DNA of 64,000 bases from Diplonema japonicum. Lineage: Eukaryota > Protista > Euglenozoa: Diplonemea. The notes below the pieces were generated by a model that had not been told where the DNA came from, did no database searches, and saw nothing but the letters and a program-made list of their open reading frames with translations. The stretch lies in contig OZ025688.1 in assembly GCA_964019335.1 (NCBI GenBank), positions 310,001-374,000 of the forward strand, read 5' to 3'. Made by a program: the position numbers and the translations under genes. Numbering within the stretch: position 1 is the first letter of the stretch; each line of letters starts with the position of its first letter. This document shows, one piece after another, positions 1-10,532 of this stretch.

Positions 1-1459
1 GCATGGAACCAGTCAGACATGGACGCGTCGATGGTGACGTTGAAGCAGTACCTTGAAGACGCTCCGGAAGATCAGCTTCCTTTCCAAGCCTTGACATACC
101 TGACAGGTGTTATCAACTATGGAGGCAGGGTAACCGATTTCTTAGACACACGATGCTTGCGACAAATGCTAGCGAAGTTCTTCCTCCCGGACACTGTAGC
201 TGGGAAGTTCGACATCACCCCTGATGGGGTTTACCACATCCCGGAAGAAATCGACACAGTAGATATGTGCAGGGAATACCTAGCGGAGCTACCGCCGTAT
301 GAGAAGCCTGAGGTCTTTGGGCTTCATGGGAACGCCGACATCACCCGAGAGAAGAACGAGTCTCAAAGAATGATATTCACGTTGGTGGAAGTGCAGCCCC
401 GTGCAGGGTCGGGCGGCGGGTCACGGTCTGCTGATGACATGGCCAGCGAGATCGCGCAGGATTTCATCAGCAGGCTCCCAACGCCCATTAATAAAACAGA
501 TGGGCACGAGGACACATACCGTATAACGGATACCGGCGACATGATCTCTCTGGGGACATTCCTCTTGCAGGAGGTGGATGTGTTCAACTTCCTGTTGGAC
601 GTTATTAAGAAATCGCTCCGGGACTTGATGGCGGCCATCAAGGGAGAGGTGGTCATGAGCAGCTTGCTTGAAAAGATGTTCAACGATTTCCTTGTAAACA
701 AGTATGGAAATTATTTCCCGGAAAAAAAAAAAAAAAAAAAAAAAGAGTTCCCGAAAACTGGGGCGGCATGAAGCTGTCGTACCTTAGTAAAAAGCCTCTT
801 GCGTCGTGGTTCATGGACACGTTGAACAGGGTGAACTTTTTGAAGGAATGGAACGACAACGGGCCACCAATGTCCTTTTGGGTCCCGGGGTTTTATTTCC
901 CGCAGGTATATACTTAGAAAAAACGAACAAGGGTAAAAAAATAATTTTTTTTTATCTCGCAGGGGTTTGTTACGGCAGTGCTTCAGACACACAGTAGGAG
1001 GTTTTCTATCCCGATCGACGAATTGAGGTTCAGGACGCATGTGATGCACTGGAACGATGCCGACAAGGTAGAGGAGGAGCCAGAGACGGGGGTTTATGTT
1101 CATGGGTTTTACTTGGAAGGGGCGAGATGGAAGGAAGACACTGAGTGCTTGGGCGAAATGAACAAAGGCGAGCTCTACACAGCCTTCCCCGTCACATGGC
1201 TAGAACCCATCCTTATGACGGAAAGCATCGGTGAGCCAAGCACCACTTATGAGATACCGCTGTACAAGACCACCACAAGGGCAGGGACATTGTCCACTAC
1301 TGGTATGGTTGGGGAAAGAGAAATTTAAAAAAAAAAAAAAAATCCAATTCAGGCCTCTCGACAAACCTTGTCACCACGATGCATCTGCCATCCGGATCTA
1401 AACCACCCGATCACTGGATAATGCGGTCGGCTGCCATGCTTTGCATGTTAGATTCGTGA
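1..1459 (+). CDS. Dynein heavy chain, axonemal type, C-terminal part (5' truncated by the window); introns 702-745, 906-962, 1303-1352
   Basis: Motifs INYGGRVTD and PEVFGLHGNA. After splicing the frame reads VPENW..YLSKKPLASW..FWVPGFYFPQ|GFVTAVLQ..GVYVHGFYLEGARW..RAGTLSTTG|LSTN..HWIMRSAAMLC*. Removing the three GT-AG introns restores these conserved DHC motifs exactly. Confidence 0.95.
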
Positions 1460-1769
1460 TATCTCCTTTTCTTAAGTGATTTTTTTTCTTCTTCTTTTTT
1501 CTTTTTAGTTCGTATTTTCTTTTTTATTTATTTATGTGTATAGACACGAATAACAAAAAGGGTGTGTGGAATGGGGAACGGGAAAAAAGAAGAAAAAAAA
1601 AAAGAAAAAGAGGGAAAATAAGAAAATCACACCCTGTTACCCCTCCTTCCCCTCCCTCTTCAATATCTGAATAAGTTTTTTTTTTTTTGTCATCGCTTTT
1701 TAGAATTTCAAACAAAAAAAAAAAAAGAAATACCAAACAACAACAACAACAAGGGGGAAGAAAAAAAAA

Positions 1770-3352
1770 ATGCTGTTCCGTCGCTTACCATTGCGTGCGG
1801 CGGCAAGGTGGTACGGAACAAGCGAAGCGCCTTCGACAAGCCCCGCAGCGCCGAAGAAGAAAAAGATGAAAAATAGGATTCTGCGAAGGCCCAGGGACCA
1901 AAAGCCCATTCTACGCAACCCTGGCACGCTCTCTGTACAAGGGATACGAGAAGAGGCAGAAGCCCTACCCGAGGTGGACCTGCCCCCTGTCGAAACCAGG
2001 ATAGAAGCATTAATGGAAGACGACTCGATAGGCAGCATAGATATCTTGGAAATATTGACAACTGACGGAGACAATCTAACAGATTCACAGCTTAGTAGAC
2101 TAGTGACGCATTGCTTGGCTCAGAAGAACGAGATGCATGGTTCGGTATCTATCACAATGCATGACGCAGCGTGTGAGGAAGCGTTGGCGATGGTTGAAGC
2201 AGCGTCTCGAATGGGCCACACTGTGGGCCCTGAGACACTGTGTGTTTTGATATCGATGCACGCCAACCCAACACCGGGACCCGCGCGTAACATCCAAACA
2301 TCTCTCCAGCTCCTCTCCGACCACAGGGATGACATCATCAACAGCATCCCCGACCCTGTGGTTCCTTTCTGGGTCTACGAGCACATATTATTAGGCTGCG
2401 CTTACGACGATGACGAAGACGCTGCCTTACAACTAATATCCGACCCAACAACACCCGAACTGACCCCCGAGGCGTGGAGCTACGCCATCAGCAGCTGCAA
2501 CGCAATACCCGCCATGGAGAACATGCAGACGATCCTGCATGAAAAACAGGCAGACATGAACCTACAGACTATTCACTACAACGCGATGCTGAAGGTGTGC
2601 TCGAAGAGTAAGATGTCTGGGGAGGACGTCATCTGTGAGATGAAGGAGAAGGATATTGAAATGGACGCCGACACCTATGTCATGTGGATGGCGTGCACTG
2701 CAGGTCTCCGTAAGAAAGACTCCGGCGACAAGGTAAGGAATATCTACCACTCGCTCCTCACGTGCATTGACGACAGCGAAGTCACACTAGGGCTCATTTC
2801 TGCCGTACTACAGATTTGCCTAATCCATGCTCAGAAGCCGTCTGATGCCTACGTCGCCCTTGCCCGAGAGGTCTATGACGGGGCATCGCGTGTAGGGTTG
2901 AACAAAAGCTACTACATCCTCACCAAGACCATGCACGTGTTCACCAAGGTGGGTCACACAGCATACACCGAAGAGCTTTACAACGAATGCAAACAAAAAG
3001 GCACCGGTTTGTCAGGACATATGTGGGAACTGAATAGGTATGGTGTAACAAGCAGAAGGGGGAAGAAAATAAAAAAGTACAGGGACGCCCACCGAACACG
3101 AGGATCCCGGAAGAGCGCCGCCGTGATGTACGAGGAGGCTCTTGTCAAGCACAATGTACCACATGAGATCCACACCTATCATGGGGGGTACAATGCAGTT
3201 CCGACTTCAAGGGTCCGCCCCCATGGCAACGCACGATTCACGGATTCCTTTATTAAGGTATTTTTAGAAGTTAAAGAAAAAAAAAGAAAATACTTTCACA
3301 GCCGACGGAGCTTCTCTCGAAACCCCTTCCCTCGACACCTAAAGGTTATTAA
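1770..3352 (+). CDS. PPR-like repeat protein, probably mitochondrial; introns 3038-3082 and 3258-3301
   Basis: Arg-rich N-terminus (MLFRRLPLRAAARWY) and PPR-like helical motifs (HYNAMLKVCSK..MKEKDIEMDADTY). Two A-rich GTAT..ACAG introns near the 3' end; the spliced frame ends ..STPKGY* at 3352. Confidence 0.65.
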
Positions 3353-3446
3353 GCCATCAAGTAACAGCTCTTTTTTTCCCCTGCAATTTAGAATTTAAAA
3401 AATAAAAATAAAAAAAGCCCTTTCTCAGGCATCCTTTTCATTACAC

Positions 3447-5972
3447 ATGTCGGATGAACCGGTGAAGGTCGAGGTGAACGAGGAACAGGTAAAGGAAGAG
3501 CCAGCTGTCGATGTAAAGGTGAACGAAAAGGAGGACCTCCCCTTTGCGATAGGTGAGGAGGTCGAGGCTTACGGGTTAAAGGGTTTGGCGGAATTGAACG
3601 AACATGTAGGAAAGGTCATAAAAATGCAGGGTGACAGAGTGGTGGTTGAGTTTGGTGGGAAATGGGGGGAGAAAGCCCTGAAGATTGCAAATCTAAAACC
3701 GCCCGGGCTCACTTTGGAAGAAACTTCTGTGGGCGCCGCTGTGATCGCTGCATTGGCTGTCGGCATCCACGAGTGCGTGGACGAGGAAGATGGAGACACT
3801 GAGGCAAAGATCTCTGAAGATGCCGCCTACATTTCCTCACTGCTGCGAAAAGCCACATTCACGACCACTTTAGAAACACGGATCATTGAGCAAAAGGAGC
3901 ACGGCGCCACGCAATGTCTCGCTCATGTCTTAGATTTCTCGCACATTGTCTTTGAATGCCCGTTTTGCGAGGTGCAGATGGGCGTGAGGTACGCAAGCCA
4001 GACAGAGTGGCTTCGATGCAACTCTTGTAAAAGTGACAGACAGCTCGATATCTGCCTGTCATGCGCAGCTCTTAAGAAGGATCTGGAAGTCTCCTACCAC
4101 CCTAATGACCACACATTCACGAACCTCAGCAAGCTATGCCAAGACAACCGCGAAGCCGTTGTCTGCTCGTTCAAGCAAAACCTCCGTGATCGCCTTCGTG
4201 CATACCCAATCAAGACAAAATGCAGAAGCCGCGAGCCCATTTTAACCCGCCAGACCGAGACAAACGCACTGAACCACAAGGCAACGCTGAACAAGCTGTC
4301 AGACGGTCGGGAGTGTGACTGGTGCGGGACGGCAGTCGGGGCGAGGTACAGAAACAACCAATGGTTCAAATGCAACCAATGCACGGCGAAGGACTTCGAC
4401 ATGTGCGGGTGGTGCTTCGAGGCGCAGTACGACTTGTCCGTCCCGCAAAGCGACCTGCATCGCGAGGATCATACCTTTAGCAATTTGTTGGAACTGTTGC
4501 CCGAGGCGGTCCCTGCCACACCACCTACCTCCCCTGAAAGGCGGCGAGCCAAGGCTATCTACATCAGTGAGGCTGCTCTCAGGGAGACATTCGCGCCCCT
4601 GCATTATTGCCCGCAGTGCGGGGCACCTTATGATGTGGCCAACCCGTACAACCCAAGAAAGCATCCGAACAAACACTTCGGTGCGTGCGACCTGGAGGTG
4701 CGCATCGAGGGTGCCAAACCGCAGCACATTTGCGGGATCTGCAATGACGTAGTGAAGTGGAAACCAGGTGCTGTTGCACTGTCGCACCGTCAGGAAGTGA
4801 TCTACTGCGGGGACTGCCTCATTGCTCACGTGTCTAAGTCGCGCACAGTGCCCGGCAGTGGCGATCCCATTCCAGAAGATGCATCCTTTGTCTGCTTCCA
4901 GTCCATTGCGATTGAACTAGCGGCAATGTACGTCCCTTGCTTATACTGCTCCGAGCCGTGCCCCTTGCATGCGTATGAGCAGCACGTCAGCACCTGTGCT
5001 AAGAGAACCCAGGCCTGCAAGTACCGAACCTTAGCTTGTCCGTACACAGCACGCCTTGGGGACTCCGAAGCTCTGCAGCAGCACGAGGAGGGGTGCATAC
5101 ACGGTGCTTTCAAGCACTACATTACACGGAATGAGCTGCAGAAGCGTGAGATGGAAGCGAACATTGAAGATTTGAAGGAGATGCTCGAAGTGCAGAGGCA
5201 GCAGATCAGCCTGCTGGTGAGGGAGAAGAATTTTGTGTACTCTGCAGACGCGTTCGAAGAAGTGACAGACGAGGAGGAAGGGGAGGAGGAGGGGCTTGAG
5301 ATTCTGCATTGCAAGAACCGTGCGGCGATCGCAGCGGAGAAGGTTATGGGCGCACCGAGGCAGACTTGGTCAGAAGCCTTTAAGGGGAGTACGCTATCGC
5401 TGTCTGCCGACAAACTGACCTGCAAGGGAGGAGGCAAAGTTCAAACAGTACTCGGTACTCTTCCCATGGCGAAGCCGGGGGTCTACTACTGGGAAGTGCT
5501 GATAAGTGGGATGCCATCTTGCGGGTCTGTGCGTGTGGGCTTGGCTAGGAACCCCCCCACGACGTCGCACACGGTGGGGCTGGACCTCAGCAAGCCACTT
5601 GGTGCGACGCTGTTGTCGTGGGGGTGGTACAGCAGTGGGACATTCGTGCACGACCAAGAGCCGCGCCTCGACGCTTTAGGAGAACCGACAGGGAACCGGA
5701 CACCGCTGCTGCACAACGAAGACACAATGCGCTTCACCTCCAAAGACTTCATCGGCTTCCTCCTCGACTGCAATTCAGGCGAGCTTTTCATGTACCGCAA
5801 CCGCATCTGCGTCGGGAAGCACGTCGGGATGGAAAAGAAGATCGTCGACCCCCACTCAAAGAAGAAGTCCGACCCTGTTTACTTCGCAGCAGCGTCGCCC
5901 GGGTTCGGGCACCACAGCGTGACGCTGCGTCCCAATGCACCGATGCAGAAGAAACCGAAGCAGAAGAAGTAA
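3447..5972 (+). CDS. Multi-zinc-finger protein (SH3-like, two ZZ-like fingers, TRAF-type finger, coiled coil, C-terminal SPRY)
   Basis: 841 aa uninterrupted ORF. Two CxxC..CxxC..D(I/M)CxxC..HxxDHxF units; C..C..H...C....C....C......H...C TRAF-like unit; SPRY motifs GVYYWEV, VRVGLA, DFIGFLLD..GELFMYRN. Confidence 0.75.
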   Translation: MSDEPVKVEVNEEQVKEEPAVDVKVNEKEDLPFAIGEEVEAYGLKGLAELNEHVGKVIKMQGDRVVVEFGGKWGEKALKIANLKPPGLTLEETSVGAAVIAALAVGIHECVDEEDGDTEAKISEDAAYISSLLRKATFTTTLETRIIEQKEHGATQCLAHVLDFSHIVFECPFCEVQMGVRYASQTEWLRCNSCKSDRQLDICLSCAALKKDLEVSYHPNDHTFTNLSKLCQDNREAVVCSFKQNLRDRLRAYPIKTKCRSREPILTRQTETNALNHKATLNKLSDGRECDWCGTAVGARYRNNQWFKCNQCTAKDFDMCGWCFEAQYDLSVPQSDLHREDHTFSNLLELLPEAVPATPPTSPERRRAKAIYISEAALRETFAPLHYCPQCGAPYDVANPYNPRKHPNKHFGACDLEVRIEGAKPQHICGICNDVVKWKPGAVALSHRQEVIYCGDCLIAHVSKSRTVPGSGDPIPEDASFVCFQSIAIELAAMYVPCLYCSEPCPLHAYEQHVSTCAKRTQACKYRTLACPYTARLGDSEALQQHEEGCIHGAFKHYITRNELQKREMEANIEDLKEMLEVQRQQISLLVREKNFVYSADAFEEVTDEEEGEEEGLEILHCKNRAAIAAEKVMGAPRQTWSEAFKGSTLSLSADKLTCKGGGKVQTVLGTLPMAKPGVYYWEVLISGMPSCGSVRVGLARNPPTTSHTVGLDLSKPLGATLLSWGWYSSGTFVHDQEPRLDALGEPTGNRTPLLHNEDTMRFTSKDFIGFLLDCNSGELFMYRNRICVGKHVGMEKKIVDPHSKKKSDPVYFAAASPGFGHHSVTLRPNAPMQKKPKQKK

Positions 5973-6057
5973 CCCCGCTTTTTTTCTTTACACGTTCGTT
6001 ATTTGTTATTTTATCCCCATTCATTCATGCTTCCAACCACCACAGGGTGTGGTGCAC

Positions 6058-7150
6058 ATGTATCGCACTAGCGATGACTCCGGTGCACGGCAGTGGACGA
6101 CGAGGTTGGTGTACCTGATAGGCGGGGCACTGTATATCATAGGAGCACAGGAGGTGTACTACACAGGAGCGGGGAGTATGAAGACGTTCCTCCCGCCGCT
6201 GCCGTACTTCACGGGGATGATGATGGCTGTGCTGCTGCCGCCTGCGGACGGACGCCGTCCCTCAAGCAACGGGAACCAGAACACAGCGAGGTCGTCGAAG
6301 CTGATCATGAGGATCGCAGCCTTGGAGGCCATCGGGTACCTCATGACGTACCTCGGCATTGCTTATGCAGGGTCCACAATATATACAATTGTTTACGGGA
6401 GCATGTCGCTGGTGGTGGCGTTCATGAGGTGGGTGATAACGAAGAAAACTGTGAGCAGAGGACAGCTATGCGGCATGATGGTCGCTGTGCTGGGCATTGC
6501 AAGCACTGCACTTGAGGGCCTCAACGCTGCGAACTCCGAGTCTATAGAGCTGGGCGTCTTCTTCACGCTGGTAGGTTGTTTCGCCTACGCGACAGAGTAC
6601 GTCTTCCTCGAAGAGGCCCTCGCTATCCTTCCCACCACAACCGTCCTCTTCTCCATGGGTAAGTACTGCACAATGTTGTTCTTCACGCTCTTCATCACCA
6701 TCGGGCTCCCTCACCACCGTGCTTGGATCGAAGACCAGGTCAAGGCGCACCACGGGAGGATGGAGGTCGTGGTGCTGCTCTACACTTTACTCATCCCGTG
6801 TTCTTTCCTCAAAAACTACGCCTGGATGGGGGTCATAAGGGGCGACGGTGCAGTGGCCACTGGGCTTATGCAAGGGTTTCGGTCCTGCCTCACTTTCGCA
6901 CTGTCATCGATGCTCTTCTGCAGCCCTACCACTTCCAACCAGTGCTTCACGATAGGGAAGGTTTGTAGGGGATAGGGTGGGAAGGGGGACTTCAAACAAA
7001 ATAAAAGAAATTTAAAAAAAAAAAAAAAAAAAAAAACAGGGGTTTGCCACAGTTCTTGTAGTCACGGGGACACTTATCTACTCATTTGCGCAGCCAGCCA
7101 AACCCACCACACCTCCGTTGAGCCCATCGTCAAGCAGCGGGCTTGTTTGA
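6058..7150 (+). CDS. DMT/SLC35-like multi-pass membrane transporter; intron 6961-7039
   Basis: About 10 hydrophobic segments with an EamA-like pattern (GIAYAGSTIYTIVYGS..VSRGQLCGMMVAVLG). Splicing 6961-7039 adds a final TM segment GFATVLVVTGTLIYSFA and a stop at 7150. Confidence 0.75.
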
Positions 7151-7478
7151 GCTTTTTGAAGAAGAATTAAAAAAGAAAAAAAAGGATGAACAGAAACAAT
7201 ATATTAAAAAGTGTGTATTCTTAAGTAGTAATACCCGTCCTCCTGTTTTAGGTGTTTGCAAGTCCAAATTTTGATTCTCCGACGATGTATCCGCAAAACT
7301 CTGCTTACGGTGTAACTATGATTTTGAATTTAATGTCTATGTGCTCTTTTCGCTCTTGTGTCCGTATTCTGGATCTTTGTCGATTCATGATTTTGCTAAC
7401 GCGTGTCGATATGCTATCAAGTCATTGTGTGCATAAAGGAAAAGGGGAAAAAAAGAAAAGAAGGGAAAAACAAGAAAA

Positions 7479-8735
7479 ATGATGCTCGGATTCGGAATGG
7501 CACTGCTGGCCATGTCGGCACTGCCCAACGACACGCTGTGCAACTATCACGGAAGCAAGCACGCGGATTGGGTGCACAACCTCACGCTGAGGGAAGCATC
7601 GCAGTACCAACAGAGAAAACCCGTGGCCTCGCCACACATAGTGCTGGACCTTGACCTCCCCGCATCTCAGAGATGGGTAGAACCGTTGAAGAGGCTCCCC
7701 CCCAACACAAAACAGATCATCGACAACTACCTGTACTCGCTTGTCCCAAAGTGGGCAATCGAACTGTTGGAAACGGTAGTGGGCCCTCTTGCAGACTACC
7801 GCGGCTTTGGTGAGGAGTACACAGAGGAAATGCTGTCGATCGCTTCGACCCTCGACCTCCCAAGAGGCCAGGTGGTGGCTTTAAACCTAATGTACGTCCT
7901 GGAACACGTGGGCATCAACTGCTCCAACTGGAACGACACAGGCCCGACAGGCGAGTGTGTCAACAACACTGAAGTGATCTACCCCTTCAAGGTGAAGCAC
8001 GGCGGTGGTATCACAGGCCCACCTGGCGTCTGCACGTCGATCGTAGCTGAGCGTCCAGACGGGACAGTCGTGCATGGTAGGAACTTTGACTGGAACATCC
8101 CAGAAGTGCTCCGCCCGCTCATGTGGGAGGTGGAATTTCAAAAAGGCGGGAAAACCTTGTGGACAGGCACATCGATCGCAACGTACATCGGTGTTCAAAA
8201 CGCAATGAAAGGCGGCCCCAACGGGTTCGCGATCACAATGGACGCAAGGTGCCAAGGAGGCATCTTGTGGAAAAACGCTGCGGAGATGCTTCTCGCCGGC
8301 GGGTTGACACCGTCGCTCATCGCACGTAACGCCATGCTGAACGCAACGGGTTATGAGGACCTTGTTACTATCCTGTCGGATGCGCCTATGATCGCCCCGA
8401 TGTACTTCATTGTGTCCGGCGGCGGGAAGGGGCAAGGTGCAATCATCACCAGGGGCAGGGAGAAGGAGATTGACCTCTGGCGTATTAACGCCACGCAGCC
8501 CAACGGGTGGTGGCGTCTTGAGACTAATTACGACCACTGGAGCCCTGTCCCTGTAGGCGATAACAGACGTCAGCCTGGCAATGCCCATGTCCAAGCAGTA
8601 GGAAGAGCCGGGATGAACTACTCTAGCATGTACGGCATTATGGTTGAGTGGCCTACCTTCAACACTCACACCGACCACACTGCCGTCTTTGTGGTTGCGG
8701 ATGATTATTACAATGCTACTGTGTGGTTTGGGTGA
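7479..8735 (+). CDS. Acid ceramidase / N-acylethanolamine acid amidase (Ntn hydrolase)
   Basis: Signal peptide; LDLDLPASQRW; autocleavage nucleophile CTSIVA..HGRNFDW; LETNYDHW..DNRR motif. Confidence 0.92.
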   Translation: MMLGFGMALLAMSALPNDTLCNYHGSKHADWVHNLTLREASQYQQRKPVASPHIVLDLDLPASQRWVEPLKRLPPNTKQIIDNYLYSLVPKWAIELLETVVGPLADYRGFGEEYTEEMLSIASTLDLPRGQVVALNLMYVLEHVGINCSNWNDTGPTGECVNNTEVIYPFKVKHGGGITGPPGVCTSIVAERPDGTVVHGRNFDWNIPEVLRPLMWEVEFQKGGKTLWTGTSIATYIGVQNAMKGGPNGFAITMDARCQGGILWKNAAEMLLAGGLTPSLIARNAMLNATGYEDLVTILSDAPMIAPMYFIVSGGGKGQGAIITRGREKEIDLWRINATQPNGWWRLETNYDHWSPVPVGDNRRQPGNAHVQAVGRAGMNYSSMYGIMVEWPTFNTHTDHTAVFVVADDYYNATVWFG

Positions 8736-9247
8736 GAGGGAGGAGTGATTTATCTCGTCCGTTTTTTTTTCTTTTTTTTTTTTCTTTCTTTCTTTCTTTC
8801 CCCCCCTTTTTTTTTTCCTTTTTTTTTCCTTGCATTTTTTTTTTTTTTGCTGATTATCGCGAAACCACTATTTAATGCAAGAGGAAAAAAGTTTTTTTTG
8901 AGTGCCCACCCTCTTCGTTACTTCGAGCGGGGGTGTTTTTTTTTTTCTTTCTTTCTTTTCTCTTGTTCTCCAGATTATGCGGGGAAGACAAGAGAAAAAA
9001 AAAATGTCTGGCGACACTGTTACTTAGCGGTAAGAGGTTTCGTCCCAAAAAAAAAAAAAAAAAAGAAATAATTAAAATAAAGTTACTTATTTCGTCGTTC
9101 CTTCTTTTCCTTCTCTCTTTTTTGGTTTTTTTTTCTTCTTCTTCTTTCTTCTAACTTACTTACTTCCCCCCCCCTTTTTTTATTCTTCATTTTTACGCTT
9201 ACAATTTTTCCTGCCCCTCATAACATCACCAGTCGGGATGCTACTCT

Positions 9248-10009
9248 ATGATGAGCAAAGTAACTTGCCGAATGCAAGATAAACGGTTTTTCCGGTTTCT
9301 GCCCCAAGGTGGTGATTCTGAGACAACAAAAAATAGGACACACCTATAAATCACCCAAGCCCTGTGCCCCCTGTGATGAACAAAATAACTTATCAGACTC
9401 GTTATCTGACCTTTCTTTCTCAAAGCAAGGCGTGCAAGATAAACGGTTTTCCGGTTGCTGCTGTAAGGTGGTGATCCTGAGGGACAACAAAAAGCCTTTC
9501 GCCGTGCCCCCCTTTGATGAGCAAAATAACTTATCAGACTCGTTATCTGACCTTTCTTTCTCAAAGCAAGGCGTGCAAGATAAACGGTTTTTCCGGTTGC
9601 TGCTGTAAGGTGGTGATCCTGAGGGACAACAACACAGGCACCTAGCCCAACTTCGTGTCGTATATCGCAGTGTGTCCCCTTTTATGAGCAAAATAAAAAG
9701 AAAAAAACGGAGTTTTGTCCTCCTGTCGATGTCGGTTAATATTCTGTGATGAACAAAATAACTTATCAGACTCGTTATCTGACCTTTCTTTCTCAAAGCA
9801 AGGCGTGCAAGATAAACGGTTTTCCGGTCGCTGCTGTAAGGTGGTGATCCTGAGACTACATGGATTTTCCCCAAAACCCCGCATCCAGTCTTTGTTGTAC
9901 CCCCTGTGATGAACAAAATAACTTATCAGACTCGTTATCTGACCTTCTTAGAAAGAAGGCATGCAAGATAAACGGTTTTCCGATTGCCATTTAACAGTGG
10001 TGATCCTGA
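9248..10009 (+). ncRNA. Tandem array of five box C/D snoRNA-like RNAs (9248-9321, 9373-9480, 9514-9622, 9746-9853, 9906-10009) plus a truncated copy near 9683
   Basis: Each unit starts at (A/G/T)TGATGA (box C) and ends at CTGA (box D). Similarity between copies falls off outside the boxes. Short terminal stems (CCC/GGG) and internal hairpins show compensatory change. Confidence 0.7.
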
Positions 10010-10092
10010 AGGGAAAAAAAAAAAAGAAAAGTTTTTTTTTTTTAAAAATCCAAATCACAAGGTTACACTGGGTGGGGAGAGGTGGAGAGGAA

Positions 10093-10287
10093 ATGGAAAC
10101 AAGCAGCAAGAATGGTTGGTTTGCTGCGACCAAGGTGAAGAAGAAGAAAACAAAGCAACCCTTCGTGCGAGAGGTTATCACAGCAGCATCCCAACCAGGG
10201 GCCGCGTTCAAACCCGTCTTCAAAGTGACAGGACAGGTGGCTGCCACAAATGTCAATTTTATGATTGGAATAAACAATAGATTGTAA
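10093..10287 (+). CDS. Possible small 64-aa protein (METSSKNGWF..INNRL)
   Basis: Island of coding-like composition between homopolymer-rich spacers, open from ATG to TAA; no recognised motif. Confidence 0.3.
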   Translation: METSSKNGWFAATKVKKKKTKQPFVREVITAASQPGAAFKPVFKVTGQVAATNVNFMIGINNRL

Positions 10288-10532
10288 TGGATCTTCTTGT
10301 ATTTCCCCCCACCCCACCCCCTTTTTTTTTTGCGATAAAATTAAATTTTTTACACAGGTAAAGGGGTTAAAAACGAAGAAAAGAAAGAGAATAGAGAACT
10401 GGGGGGAAGAAAAAAGAAAAAAAAAAGGGACATAGTTTAAAAAAAGGGGGAGGGGAGGCTTATACAAAACAAAACAAGTAAAAGGGAAAAGGAAAGCGGT
10501 GTTCTGGTTGTTCTGGTGGGGAATTTTAACAT

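Noticed and set aside
702-1352. Dynein pseudogene, programmed frameshifting or alternative genetic code
   Set aside because: Standard GT-AG splicing restores the frame and motifs; TAA, TAG and TGA all serve as terminal stops in this window.
9248-10009. CRISPR array or coding repeats (ORFs 9309-9608, 9344-9916)
   Set aside because: The units are 74-109 nt with irregular spacers in a eukaryotic context with no cas genes. The ORFs are incidental translations of the repeat.
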